Shown here piece by piece: positions 24,945 through 37,817 of a stretch of 53,536 nt of DNA. The stretch comes from Vicugna vicugna (lineage: Eukaryota), in assembly GCA_013265495.1 (NCBI GenBank), contig MU057893.1:1-53536 (forward strand). The letters are read 5' to 3'. The first letter of the stretch is position 1, and each line of letters begins with the position of its first letter. A program made the position numbers and the translations under genes. The notes below the pieces were generated by a model, which made no database searches, had not been told where the DNA came from, and worked only from the letters and a program-made list of their open reading frames with translations.

Positions 24945-25330
24945 CACGGGCTAGCCGGCTGTGGTCACCTGCAAATAATGTTGAAGTCACTTAGACCCTT
25001 GGCTTGGGAACACCGTGGCCACAGGGGTGGGTGTCACTGCGGCACCTACGAGAATGACGGGGACAGCCTGCTGCTGAAGCCGCTCCCCAGGCCGCAGCCC
25101 AGAGCGCTGCAGTCAGGTCTGAGGTCCGTCCGGGGGCGCGCAGCTCCACAGCCCCTCGGAGCCCTGCGGTGCGGATGGCGCTGGGACCGCGCTCGTCCAT
25201 CACCCTCCCTGGCACCCAGACTCGGGAGTCTCCTGGGGGAATTTTTCTCTGCCTCATACTTCCTGTCTCAGCCTCTTGTGGAATCCGGTCCATGCCCCAG
25301 GGAAGAAGGGCTTTTAACCTCCGGGACCCA
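24945..25330. promoter_or_regulatory. GC/CpG-rich patch (small CpG-island-like) in ANO6 intron 15
   Basis: Dense CpGs, e.g. GGTCCGTCCGGGGGCGCGCAG and GCGGTGCGGATGGCGCTGGGACCGCGCTCG, against a CpG-poor background. Confidence 0.55.
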
Positions 25331-28020
25331 AATCCATCATTGTTTGGATCCAGGATGAATCTTCCATGCTAACTCATCTGGCGCTCCCTTCTTGTGCTGA
25401 ACTGCCCTCTCCTGTCGATTGCATTAGGTCGTATTAGAAGTCCCGACTTGCTTGTCCTTAGCTAAGACTGTGAGCCTCTTGCTCAGTCTTCCTGAGTGGA
25501 ACCACTCATCTGTAGCAGAAAAGCTTGGGCTGTCGTCTATCCATCATTGTCCTCGGTCTTCTGGGTTTTCTGTTTGGTTACGCTTCTCTCGCAAGGATAT
25601 CAATTTGCACATGAGAAGCACCTGTAGACATCTTAAAAAATACAGACACTGGATCCTCCCCCTTCTCCAGGGAAGGCTGGAAGCTTTCTCCCTCTAGCAG
25701 GGGTTACACAATCATTTGCTTGGGAATTGACCACATATATTGGCACAATCATAGTAAATTGCCGTTTACTCAGTGCTTGCCACGTGGCATTTTCTACTTC
25801 ATGTTGTCTTTGTACCATCATTATCACATTTAATCCCTGCGTTATAGATTATCACCATTTTGGTTGAGGACACTCCCACCTGCTAATCTTGAATACAAGT
25901 ATCTTTGTTTCTCTTAATCTATTTCATTCTTGAGTTTCCTTTTCCTGAATTTAAAGAGTGAGTTATGGACACATGCATTTAAGATTGTCTTGTCATATGT
26001 ATCTGACTCATCCTCTAACCAAATCATACCTGGAGAAAAGAGATTTTCTCTTTTAAACATTTGCTTTTTCTTATTATATAGTAGTGCATACTCACGGTGG
26101 AAAATGTAGAAAACATATAAAGTAAGAAAATTACAGCCATACATTATCTAAACACCAAAGGACAACGCTCTGACATTTTGGGCATTGAACTATTTTTCCT
26201 AATATTTTATCATAAAATATCCCTAGGGCAATTTGTTTAACCCTGGAATTGTACTAGCCTTTGTCAAGTACAGAATAACATTCCCAGAAATGACCCCAAT
26301 ATCAAAATAGTATGTGAGGCTGGGATGGCCACAGGGCTCTCATTTTATATTCTGAATCCTACAAAGAATGCTGTTAATACACGGATATTACGCTTTCGAT
26401 GCCTGTGAGTCACTCACTCAGCTGGCTCGGACTGATACCTACTTTATATCAGGTGCCGATCCAAGTGCTGGGGAGACCCCAGAGGGATCCTGGATCACGG
26501 CATCACTGTCCTTCTTCATTTGCTCCCAGAATCCTACTCAAGAACCCCACATGGAATTGGAGGGGTGGAGGCAGGTGAGTTATGGTGAAATTCATTTCAT
26601 TATTTTCCTTTAGACATATTTAAATAGCATGAAAATGGTTGCTAAATTTGATAAGTTTCCTTTTCCCTTCCTATGTATTTTTGAGGATCGGTATAGTTTT
26701 GAAGCAGCAAGAGTAATTGATAGATCTTTGGTATGTTAGGATTTTATATGAAAAATTAACAAGGAAACTGGCACCTTATACAAAGAGAAGAGGAAGTGAT
26801 GAAAACACAAGCCACCCTCGAACTTGGCTACCATTCAGCATTCCTGGATTTCAAACAAGGGAAACATAATTCAAAACATATTCCCTAAATATTTTAGCCC
26901 ATATTAGAAATACATGGAGGCATAGTTCAGCTCACTGGAACCTACAACAATGTGCTTACTTAAGCGAAGGTGTAAACAGAACACAGATTCTATAATGCAT
27001 CCTTTAATTTAAACTAGTTCATGTGATCAAGTTTCATTTCACATGAATTGCTCAGTACCAATTTAGGAAATATATCCTTCTCCTTGATTGGTAAATTAGC
27101 TCACTGATAACCAGATTCAACAAAATTTAGTGATTAAATAATTAACCTATTTCCTTCAGGAAATGCTTTTGAGTAATCTGAATTAAGTATATCCTCTATC
27201 TGATCTATTTCTTTTCACAAATAAAAATAGTATTATTTGCACATGAGCTACTTTTACTCCTCTGGAAATATCTGAGTGTGAGCTCAGGGCAAGGGTTGTC
27301 TACTGCACAGTAGGGAATAAAAAAGATTCATTTCACAGCAAAGATCACAATCTTTTTTTTTTTTTGAGGGGCATGATGAGCTGGGGGACAAGGGAAATGC
27401 CTTTGTTTAGAGACAGACCCCGGTAATCCATACTGAAGCTGAAAGATGGAGCCCTTGTGAAGAAATGTGGAAGGCCACACTGACACCCAAATGTGTTCAC
27501 TCTGCAAAAACAGAAAGAAAGAAAGAAGAAATAATTTAACTGCCCTATAAAGAGATTGGACCGAAACTTGGTAATAAGGGAGAGAGAAGGAAGGTTAGGG
27601 AAGGGAGGAGAAACAATGAAAGGGGACTTGGTTGCGGTGGGCAGAATAGCAGGTTTCTGGAACCTACAATGAAGGATGATAAGAAAAAAGAGTAAAGTTT
27701 AAAAAAAGTAACAAAGTTTAAAATAGTTAAATTATAAAACGAAGTTAAAAAAATAAATTTTTTATAGTGGCATGGAAGATTTTAAGATGATGGAGGTGTT
27801 TTATTTCAAAATTCAAGTTGTTTGAGTTTCTCCTCCATGCTCCAAACAACAGTAAGGCCTGCTTGTGTAAGTGGTTTTGGGGGACACCACAGAGAGGGGT
27901 GAGCTCTGCAATCTGCAGTTAGCCAGGAGCAGAATGCTGGTTTGGAAGGCAAGACAGAGGAGAGATCAACAGTTTCATGAGAACAGAAACTCAAAGCCAG
28001 AAATTATCTTAAAATTTTAG

Positions 28021-28544
28021 TGTGGTAGGCAGGAAAATGTTCCCCCCCCAATATGTCTATGTCTTTATTCCCAGAATATATGAAGAGGTCAGGTTCCCTG
28101 CAAAGGGGGCCTATGTTTGCAGATGTGGTTAAGGTTGCTAACCAGCCATCTCTAAGAGAGACGAGCTGGATTATAGAGGTGGGCGCAGTGTAATCACCAG
28201 GGTCGTTAAAGGAGGAAAAGGGAGGCAGAAGAGGGGAGAGGGGAGAGGAGATGTGACCACAGAATCAGAGTCAGAGGCACACAACCATGCTGACCTTGAG
28301 AGAGAGAAAAGAGGTCACAGGCCAAGAGACGCAGGTGGCCTCTGGAAGCCAGAAAAGTCAAAGATACAGGTTCCCCTGAGGCCTTCAGAAACAGCCCTGC
28401 CAATAATTTGACTTCAGCAGGCTTCTGCATTCAAAAACCCTACAAGGTTAAATTTGTGTTGTTTAGTGGAGACTTTTTCTTTTTTCTTCCTACTAACATG
28501 AGGTTTGGGGATACTCGTTACAACAGCAACAGAAAGCAAATACA
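28021..28544 (+). mobile_element. MaLR LTR (MLT1D-like)
   Basis: Starts TGTGGTAGGCAG; internal TTTGCAGATGTGGTTAAG and GGCCTCTGGAAGC; ends ACAGCAACAGAAAGCAAATACA. Confidence 0.8.
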
Positions 28545-28939
28545 GTAATCTCCTTGAAATGTTCAGAAATTGCCGATAACACTGGGCTGTCCACTTTGAT
28601 ATGGGATTGGGCTTATGTGAAAATCAAAAGGACAGGGTGACCTTTGCTAACATCTGCTTTTCTCATTTTTAGGAAGAGAACAGTATGTCAAAACGTCTGT
28701 AGTTATTATTTTAGAGAAGTATCTCTTAAAATATTATGTAACCCTGTGCCTTAGGACCCCAAGAGATTCTCTGTTCTTAGAAGAACATGGATTCAGAGAG
28801 ATAGGGTCTTACATCTGAGTCCCACAGTGATCTCTTATTGGCAATGAGAGCTTGGGCAAATCAGTTACCCTCTTTAAGCCACAGGATCTTCATTTGCAAA
28901 AGGAAGATAAGAATAAGGATTGTTTGGGTGATTAAATTG

Positions 28940-29000
28940 TACACACACNNNNNNNNNNNNNNNNNNNNNNNNNNNNNNNNNNNNNNNNNNNNNNNATATG
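28940..29000. repeat. (CA)n microsatellite with N gap 28949-28995, inside a MIR-like element
   Basis: TACACACAC followed by 47 Ns. Confidence 0.7.
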
Positions 29001-29406
29001 TACAACATTTAATACAGTGACTAGCACATGCTAGGCACTCAACAAATTCCTGTTATGGATTTTTAAATGCATGTATAAAAGGAGGAGAAAGTTTTGGGAA
29101 GTTGTGGGAAAACTTAGTTCACGGCCCCTAAAAAGGCCATCTCTCAAAGGGCTCTGATCAGTCAGTCCCCATTGATGAGCTAATAAGCAAAAACTATAGC
29201 ACTTGGGGATTTACGTTAAACACAAAAAGGAAGGTATTAAAGAGTAATTATTAAACAGCAGGTATGTTTACACTGTTGGCTGGATCATCTTATCTGGAGA
29301 GCTTTAATAAGCAGAGAGTCTCCACTGTTTTAGAGATGAGCTCGCAGGAAAATGACTTGGATGTGTGGGCCGTTCTCGCCCCAAGATCACATGACTTAGT
29401 ACTCAC

Positions 29407-29504
29407 GGAAGTAACATCTCATGTGTGTTATTCCAGATTTACTGTCCTCCCATGATTATTGTCAGCTGTGTCATCAGTTCAAGGAGACAGCCACCTGGGT
29501 CACA
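29407..29504 (-). pseudogene. ANO6: ANO6 pseudo-exon 15 (98 bp)
   Basis: cag|TGTGACCCAGGT...CTTCC|gtgagt. Reads [32 protein letters not shown], with an in-frame TAA at 29441-29439. Confidence 0.95.
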
Positions 29505-29680
29505 CTGGAATATTAGAAAGAAAATCTCACTTAAATTTTAGATAGCTCTATCATGAAATAAAGTCTTTATTTTATGCCAAAAATAATCTAAGGAACAGAG
29601 AGTAAAGACACTCTTCATTGGGCAACTAAGAGAAAACCTGAAACATGTTAGACTGCCAGAACACAAAGCTGTATTCACAC

Positions 29681-29849
29681 ATGTTCATTTCTGTATTTTC
29701 ACAGCCAATACATTAGATCTCCCAGGTAAGTCACAAATCTGCCCTTAAAAAATGTGATGTAGAAACACGAGGAGTAGTAGTTGACAAACTGGTACAAGAA
29801 CACCTTCATGGCTAGTTTGTTCTCATAGTCAGTCTAGTCCTTTTGAGCT
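29681..29849 (-). pseudogene. ANO6: ANO6 pseudo-exon 14 (169 bp)
   Basis: cag|AGCTCAAAAGG...GAACAT|gtgtga. Reads [55 protein letters not shown], with a -1 frameshift and a TGA at 29701-29699. Confidence 0.95.
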
Positions 29850-30912
29850 CTGCAGCTAGAATAAAGAAAAGTAAAGTCTGTAAAACAGTGAACGGCTTTG
29901 AGACTCTAATCAAAGCCACGGACACATGAGTTAACATGGTAAATATGTAAATAAATATACACAATTTACAATGTTTTCATTTAAGCTGTTTTGAATTCTT
30001 TAACATTGCTACTATTTTAATTCCAAGTGTAAAAACTATTTTAAGGGTTTCTCCCACTATGGGCACAATATCACACAAAGCAAAAAAAAAAAAAAAAGCC
30101 AGCCGTCCTTAAAATTTATAAGCAGAACAGTATCCATTGGGCAATAACTGTCCTCTGTCAGGTGTAAGTTGATAGAACGCTACTTTTAAACATCCTGCTA
30201 AATGATATTCTCTCGTCTCCCTGAATGGCAGTAAGGTAGGACTATTGAAGAAAACAAACAAAACACGGGGCAACGTGCTAGAAGCATTTGGGGAACATAA
30301 AACGTGTCATACTCCTAGTTCAGAATTTGAAATGGTCTTAGTGTTTTCAGAAGATGACCACTGAGCAGACCACTGGGAGAACGACCCAGCCACATGCAGC
30401 GTGTGGGAAGCACTTAACTTGGGCCGCTAAGCCGCTGGTTGGGATACAAGCCAGAGAGAAGAAACATTTATTAAAGAAGCCACAGCTGATGAGAATGGAG
30501 CTACACCAACAGGAACAGCATGGGGGGAAGACACATAACACTGTGATTACTTGTCCTCTCCGTAACGCACAAGCAAATCTGCCACTGGAACCACGACCCT
30601 CTTCCCCTTATTTGCAATATGGAGACTACTTACTTTCAACAATAGGTACATGATCTAATGTAATTGAAATTATTATTAAGCACTGACCTGTTTACACAGA
30701 GCTTGGACATTCTAATGCTTCCTTTGTCCCTTTTACTAATGCAAAGCTGGAGCTAATTCACTTCTCCCATTGGCTAGAGAAAATATGTTCACACTTGAAG
30801 CTTTCTAAAGACTGTAGTGTACTGGAATTGAAGTGCCTAAAAGATATAGTCTCTGTTTTGACCTGGTTCTAAAACTGGTGTAGAAATGACCTCAGCTGCA
30901 GGAGGAGCTTAC

Positions 30913-31139
30913 CAGAGTCAGTCATCATGATTGCCACTTTCTCATATATGGCCCTCAGGGTCACGATGATGATAAAACTGATGAGGGAAGCAGTGATGGG
31001 CATGGCCCACCTGCACAGTCAAGTACTTCTGGATTGGGTGTCTTCCATTCAGGTTCTTGGGAAGTTTTGAAGAAAATACAGTGAACACGGAAAGCCTGTA
31101 GACAATGATTCCAATAACAGAAGCAATGGCCAACAGGAC
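30913..31139 (-). pseudogene. ANO6: ANO6 pseudo-exon 13 (227 bp)
   Basis: Reads VLLAIASVIGIIVYRLSVFTVFSSKLPKNLNGRHPIQKYLTVQV/AMPITASLISFIIIVTLRAIYEKVAIMMTDS, with a +1 frameshift near 31007. Donor gtaag intact; acceptor reads CAT, not CAG. Confidence 0.96.
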
Positions 31140-32189
31140 ATGACACCCCAAAAACCCAGCAGCATGAGACTCACTAATGATCGTATTTTTACACAGAAAA
31201 CTTGCCCCCAAACCACGCTAAAACAGACAACATGCATGTGTTATAAACCTCACATAAACGTGAGAAGTGATGCAAATCGCACATAAATGCCACAAGAGAC
31301 GTGAATATCAGGCATCTTAAACTTTAGGGGAAGAGGAATGAAGGATGTCAAAAAGAATGAGGGCATCCACTAATGTAACATGCTGACAGCAGGAGCAGCT
31401 GTGTGCAGGGCATAGGGAATATATGGGAACTCCACTTTCTGTGAATTTTTATGTAAACCTATAACTGCACTAAAGGAAGCCTGTTAAGAATATCTTTAAA
31501 TGGGTGAAAATGGAGTAACTGGTCACATGTTCTTTTGGAGAAAATGCTGTGATAGCAGAACCAATGAAAATATCCCTTCTACATCAATAGAATTACATAG
31601 GTAATGAACTACTTGTAACCCATGAACGGGATATGCTTCCTTTCAAGGTAGAACCTATCATTGATTCACGGGTCAGCAGGTGCAATCTGTCGTCTTCATT
31701 CTGAATAGGACCAGTGAAGCTGTGGACATGCCATGAGGGAAATACTGGAAGTGACAGCAGGCCTCTACTGATGAAAGCTTCACATGCTTTTCATACTCCT
31801 CGAGATCTTAAAATGGCAGGTATTCATTCTCCCTGCATTTGCACAAGATTCATGTCCCTGATCCATTGTAGTTCTGACTGTGTAGACCCAAGGGCAACGG
31901 GGGTGTCTGAAGCATAATTTTCACGTGGCTGATAGGGTTTCAGTTCCTCATTAGGCAGGTTTTTTTCTGGCCACTGAAGAATGCACTTTAAAGATCCCAC
32001 TTTTAAACTGTTTTCCTTCCATCTACCTTCTTGGTCATAGTCCAGAAGCATGTACTCAGTGTCCCTGGCTGCTCCTGATGGCTGCCTCAGAGAGAAAGCT
32101 ACAAAGAATGTGAATTTCAAGACTAAGTGAGCCACATCATGTTATTTACAGTAACAGCGGGAGGCTGGCTTGCACCTGCAGGGGAGAGC

Positions 32190-32440
32190 AGAGAGAGTGT
32201 TTACAAGCCCCTCCTGGAGCCACACTCCTGCATCTGGATCCCAGCTCCAATGCTAGCTGTGGGGCCTTGTGCAAATTTCCTAACCTCTATGGGCTTCAAT
32301 CTCTTCACCCATATAATGAGGGGATAATAATAGCAATTTATAGGACTATTGTGATGAGTCAATGATTTACTAATTGGGAAAACAATTAGAACACTAACCA
32401 CAGGCATGTGAAAAACTCTACCTAAGTATTAGCTATGAAT
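32190..32440. mobile_element. MIR SINE
   Basis: CTGGATCCCAGCTCC...CTAGCTGTGGGGCCTTGTGCAAATTTCCTAACCTCT...ATAATGAGGGGATAATAATAG. Confidence 0.7.
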
Positions 32441-33363
32441 ATGGTGACCAAAGTCTTCAAAAGGTGTTTTTCTTTGTTTTTAAGCCATCAGTTTGTAGAG
32501 AAAGCATTTTATTTCCTCCTCTACTCTCTTTCATTATCCTTTTGCTCAAAGTTAAATGCTTCATGTTTGTGAAAGGAATAACTTTTTGGTGTGTGTGGGA
32601 TTAAACGTGAAAATTAGATAAGGCTGAGAAAAATGTATTATAAAAGGTTTATTAAGCCTTCCTCTCTTGTACAGCACATATAGGCCATTTAAATAGTATG
32701 CATTTTTTAAACGTCTGCATAATAATTTTTTAATTATGTATTAAGTAAACATAATTGTTAAGATTCTTTAAATGCTTACTATTGCTTCAGCACACATCTA
32801 TTTTTCCAAATCCTCACAATCACCCTGTGGGGAAGGTAATATTATATCTCTTTTACAGATGAGGAAACACAGCCACGTGGAGATGATGCAATTTGCCCAA
32901 AATGAAGCAACTATTAAGTGAAAGAACGGAAATTCTCAAAGAGCCCCAAAACACACTAACTGTATAGCACTGTCTCCTACATGGTCTGTGAAATCAATTG
33001 TAATTCATTTCAGAACTTTTGCAAAATTGACACATTTCCATTTTTCTTCGAAGCACTTAATGCGTTCAATATTTCTTAAGAAACAGGAAAGCTTTCCATT
33101 CTCCTTCCTCAAGTTTCTTCTTACTTATCATCTTTTCTGATCATAACTTTAATATTTGCTCATTAAAGGTAATTTGATAGTACTCAGTAGTGGACAGAAC
33201 TGCTGTCCTGGATCTGTCCCCACTCTTAGAAGAGGACCCAGAATTTGCTTTAGGATAAATAACCTCCCTTCTGTTTTAAATCCTGTGATTTAAGCTCGAT
33301 TGACCCACTCTTTCTGAAGCACCAGAGGTAGCTCTCAGTTGGTTTAAAACAAATAATATCCCT

Positions 33364-33770
33364 CATTGTATTGGCCTCACACATGAAGATTTGAGAAAAA
33401 TAACCCAGGAAGAGCCACTATTATGTGAGGAGACACGTGCTGGTGCCCATGTGAATGATAAGCTTCCTCTATCAAGAGAGGAAGCTGCCAAAAGAGACCT
33501 CACTTGGTTTGGATGGATGTGTGATCTGGGATGCTGAGTGTCTAGAAGCAGCATGCTGAGACATCCTTGGACACAGAATGAAGACAGGACAAAACAAGCC
33601 CTTGACATCATCTGGGCTACAGTATCTCTCCTTGACTGAAGCCAGACCTCAGACCTGAGGTTTTCATTTACAGGAACCAATAAATCCCATGCATCCCCAT
33701 TTTTTGGTTGTTGTTTTAAACACACTGGAGATTGATTTTGTCACCTACAATCAAAAGACTCCAACTCTCA
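33364..33770 (+). mobile_element. Old MaLR LTR (MLT1K/L-like)
   Basis: 3' end ACCAATAAATCCC...TTTTGTCACCTACAATCAAAAGACTCC resembles MLT1 termini. Confidence 0.5.
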
Positions 33771-33829
33771 AAATTGAATAAAAATAAAATAAGAAAAATG
33801 CTTCTGCCTATAGACATAATTCCTTCAGA

Positions 33830-35110
33830 ACGTTGCATTGTTTGTATATTGCAAATCATTTTATACATTAATAGTTTTCTCAAGCCTATCATAAGCATAA
33901 CACTTTGACATATCATAAAATATTTTCATGGACACACTTTTTCATGGCTGCATAATATTCTATTATGTGAAGGTTTGGAAGAATATTTTGGCTGAGATTT
34001 TATATATATATACATATAAAAGTATGTCTGTGACTTGCATCCATACTGACTTTTCCTGCCATTTTGAAATACTTCCTGATTAAAAGTTTTTCAAAGCTTA
34101 ATTAGTGGATTAAAGCATATGAATATTTTTGACTCTTGATATGAAATGCCATACTGCTTTCTAAGGAGGCTGGACGAGTACACCAGAAATTAACACAGCA
34201 TTTTAAATCAACCATACTTCACAAAAAATATCCAGTAACCTAGGCATGGGTTTGGTGATCACTGGCACTACATCCTCATAAACAGAACTGTGTCACGTGA
34301 GAGGTGGAAAACTATTTCATTTTAATGGGCACTGACTGAATTACAATTGGAGTGTGACATCTAGTTTTCCTTTGTGAATGCGTGTTCATCTTCTCTGCCT
34401 TCTACGCTCCTGAGAATTTTTGATGCTATCTTTGAATTGATCTGAACTATGTATTGAAGGAATTAGCCCCTTGTCAGATTTGTAATCAAATAACATCCTC
34501 TGGTGTTTTGTTTAAAATTAGGATGCTTCTGATGCATGGAAATCTTTATATATTTTCCTCTGAAACTTACTGTTCATCTAGAGGTTGTATATTCATCCAT
34601 ATTTATTTCTAGATTTTTTCTAATTTTGTTAATTTTTTAAATGTTTCTGGAATTTATCACAATATTTGGTTCACTGTATGATTTCAATCTTTTCTTCTCC
34701 CCCCAAGTAGCTAACAACTGTTCCATTTACTGAATATCCTTTATTTAGCTCCCTGATTTGTAATGCCTTCCATCCCTTATATTAAATTATTATTGATATC
34801 AGGGCCCATATCTGGACTTCCTATCCTATTTTCTAATTTGGCTATTCTTGAACTAGTAAAAAACTCATTATCTTATTAATTATTATATTACTAATATGAT
34901 TTTATTCACAATAACCCCAAATCAATTTTATAACTTCTGATATATTGGAGATATGATATTTTAATTGAGAATCATTTGATTAAAGCATCTTTTATATCTT
35001 TCAGTAGTTTTTATTTTTATTTATTTGATAGTTCCTACTATCCTTTTTTTAGGCTATTCTTAGACATTTTACCTTGGTTGTTACTCTTGGAAAATTGTAG
35101 AATTCTTAAT
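33830..35110 (-). mobile_element. Old L1 (L1ME-like) fragments
   Basis: T-rich reverse-strand L1 remnants: TTTTCATGGCTGCATAATATTCTATT, TGAAATGCCATACTGCTTTC, CTGTTCCATTTACTGAATA. Confidence 0.55.
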
Positions 35111-35370
35111 GCCTCCTTCTGGTGTCTTATTCAGACCCTGGAGAATCCTAAACCACTGATCTGATTTGAACAAATGAGGTGAAAGAATTGGGGGAAGCAC
35201 TGTGAGCAGAAGAGACTGTGGAACCTCCAGAGTGGTGGCCTGCTTTGGCTCAGATGTTCTCTGGAAAAAGTTTTCTCTATGAGACTACATAGTTCCCAGC
35301 TTGATTTTCAGTTTTCTCAGCATTTCACATTAGATTATCACATTAGAAAAAGTCTGTGGCAGGTTCTTAG

Positions 35371-35446
35371 CCAGAAAAAGAGCACTTTCACAAAGGGTTA
35401 TATGTATACACTTTCCCCAGGTGGTAAAGGGAACATGCTCTTCTTC
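35371..35446 (-). pseudogene. ANO6: ANO6 pseudo-exon 12 (76 bp)
   Basis: tag|GAAGAAGAGCATGTTCCC...TTCTGG|ctaag. Reads EEEHVPFTTWGKCIHITLCESA/FFW, with a 2-nt deletion. Donor GT changed to CT. Confidence 0.92.
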
Positions 35447-35989
35447 CTATTTAAAAAAACAAGTTTAGTCAATCAAGGTTTTACACAAATGAAATGATTT
35501 TTCTCCTAACTGGTCACTAAATCCTAAACATAATTAAAAAAATAATAATTTTCAGACATAGCCTCCTTATTTGTAATTGCATGGGGTTATTTTCCTTTTC
35601 TTTTCTGTTATTGATGTAAAACACATAACAAAATACGTACAGTGTTCGTTTTAATACTATTTTTTGAAAATGCACATGTGAAAAGTAAACTGTTTCCCTG
35701 CCATGGTCTGAGCTTAGGGGTCTGGGTACCTGACGAGGCCAAGCTGTAAAACTCTATTCTTGAGCTTGCCTTAGATTTCAGAAGTGATGGTACTGATAGC
35801 TTAGAGTCCGTGCTGGACAGGAAGTTTCACAGGTGTGTGCAGCTAACTGGTCTCCACTGTGTGTTTCTTGGTTGAGCTTTATGTGTTAATTTGCTATAAC
35901 TGTGAATTTTTAGTTTATATTTAGATTATTTTTTAGAGTTGAAATCAGTAAGACTCAAGATTTACCTGGATTATAAAAGCAGATGTAGT

Positions 35990-36240
35990 ATAGTAATATG
36001 TGGAACTAAGTACATGGCACTTCCTCTGTGCCAGGAAGTCTTCCAAGTAGATTCTGTACATTAATTTGACCTGTCCTTACCACAGTCATGAGGAAGCAAC
36101 TCTCTTATTCTTATTTTATAGGAAACTATGGCACAGAGAAGTTAAGTTGTCCAGGATCGCTCAGGAATCAAGCTGCTGTGTTCAAATATGAATTTAGGCA
36201 TCTTCATTCCCAAGGTCTCACTACCACAACGCTGGCCTCT
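35990..36240. mobile_element. MIR SINE
   Basis: GGAAACTATGGCACAGAGAAGTTAAGTTGTCCAGGATC core. Confidence 0.65.
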
Positions 36241-37457
36241 CTAAACAATGCAGCATGCATTAGCAGTTAAAATAAAACACTTCAATTAAATAACTAAAAA
36301 AAAAATTAAACAATTTTTTAAATAAGGAAGAATGATAAAGTGAAATGAGTCTTCATTTTCAATTTTTCAACAAGTATGTTCCAATGAAAATTTAAACTAA
36401 TTAGTTGGCAATTTTAAATTTAATACTGGCAGTTTAAATGACCAAAAATCTTTTCTTTGGTATTTTTTATATGCTGCCAATATGATACGTTTTTGTTTTT
36501 CAGAACTCAAAATTATGAACATCTAATTTTGTCTTAGTTTCAGCTTTCATCTCTGAATGTACAGTCTTTCACCAATATATGCTTTGACCACCATCTTCAG
36601 TTGTAAACAATTGGAACTATTCATAATGGGGATTATTAGAAGCTTATTACATTGTAAAAGACAAATGTCACTTTCTATTTGTAGCTGAACCTCATTTTTT
36701 TTTCATTTATTAAGTGGAGTTTGACCTGATCCCTCCAGAAATTTCAGTTTCAACATTCTGAAGACCTGTGATTCAGTTTATTAAATCTATAGTTCGAGAC
36801 ATTTTCAGATGCTCCTAATAAAAGCATTTTCTTTCCAAGTGTCATTCATGCTCACAACCTACTGTCCTGCTGCTGCTGACTGCAAGTACCGTCAGCTCTA
36901 AATTATCTCAGCTGATGGAAAGAAGCAATAATGCAGATGACTCAAAAAATCATCTTTTCATAGCTCTGGGATGTTTATACAAAGATATACAGTTTTATTT
37001 TTTTAATTTTGCTGCAAGAGTCGCAGCAATAAAATCACATTTCCAATTATATAAAGTGCCTAGCTCAAACCCTGCTCAAACACTGATGGCACCTCAACAA
37101 ATGTTTCCCTGCTTCTTCTACCCTTTCTCTGACTTTAGGATGAGAGCTACGCTGCTTTGTGCACATCCCAAACGGAAGGGGAACTGTGACTGGGACTTAG
37201 TTCAAGACAAAGGGGCACCTAGTCTATGAAGAAAATGAGGCCGCAATAATGAAGGCACATGTGAAAAAATGGGAGTCAGCTCTATAAACCAATGTGTCTA
37301 TCTTTCTACGTCCATATCATAGTGGCTATTTTTTATTTTGCATTTTTTTATTTGTGTTTTGAAAGGATACAAATCAATGTCTCTTTTCTTATACATTTAT
37401 ACCAGTCTTTTTCTTTTCCTCCTTTTTACACTTATCTTCTTTGTCCACCATACAAGG

Positions 37458-37638
37458 CAGTGCTCATTCACCTTGGTTGCACGTTAGAATAACCAGAGGA
37501 GTTTAAAAAACTTCCCTATACCAGAATGCACCCCAGGCCACTAAGTACCATCAGAGTTTGCAGTGATGGAATCCAGGCACCAACATTTTTTAAGGTCTCC
37601 TGGTGATCCCAACATGCAGCCAAGGCTGACAAGTCCAG
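37458..37638. mobile_element. MER5A-like hAT-Charlie DNA transposon
   Basis: CAGTG...CCTTGGTTGCACGTTAGAATAACC...TTTTTAAGGTCTCCTGGTGATCCCAACATGCAGCCAAGGCTGA. Confidence 0.75.
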
Positions 37639-37680
37639 AAGTAAACAGACTAAAGTGCATCTAAACAGCGCCCGCATTTC

Positions 37681-37817
37681 CTGGGTAAACTCATCTATTT
37701 CCCCCTGGGAATACCGCGCCTCCTATTCTGTCCGGACTTACTCTTCCTGCTCTACGGATTCCCATTCTTACTCAAGTTCTGCCTGGACCCTCTTCCAGAA
37801 CTTAACAAGTAAGGTGA
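37681..37817 (-). pseudogene. ANO6: ANO6 pseudo-exon 11 (137 bp)
   Basis: tag|TCACCTTA...ACCCAG|gaaatg. Reads TLLVKFWKRVQAELE*EWESVEQEE*VRTE*EARYSQGEIDEFTQ, with three stops and a 6-nt deletion. Donor GT changed to GA. Confidence 0.9.

Larger units (their letters stand above)
15790..37817 (-). pseudogene. ANO6: Unprocessed anoctamin-6 (TMEM16F scramblase) pseudogene, exons equivalent to human 11-17
   Basis: Seven exons in the correct order and intron phase on the minus strand. They translate to ANO6-specific peptides ([58 protein letters not shown]). Every exon has a stop or frameshift. Confidence 0.96.

Noticed and set aside
25126..25139. CTCF-like CCGTCCGGGGGCGC
   Set aside because: Lacks the highly conserved A of the YAG core and is expected by chance in GC-rich DNA.
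24744..25358. 204-aa ORF, the longest in the window
   Set aside because: It starts in an L1 3' UTR and stays open through GC-rich sequence; no recognisable domain.
30942..31211. Functional ANO6 CDS
   Set aside because: Frameshift and dead acceptor here, plus stops in exons 11, 14 and 15.
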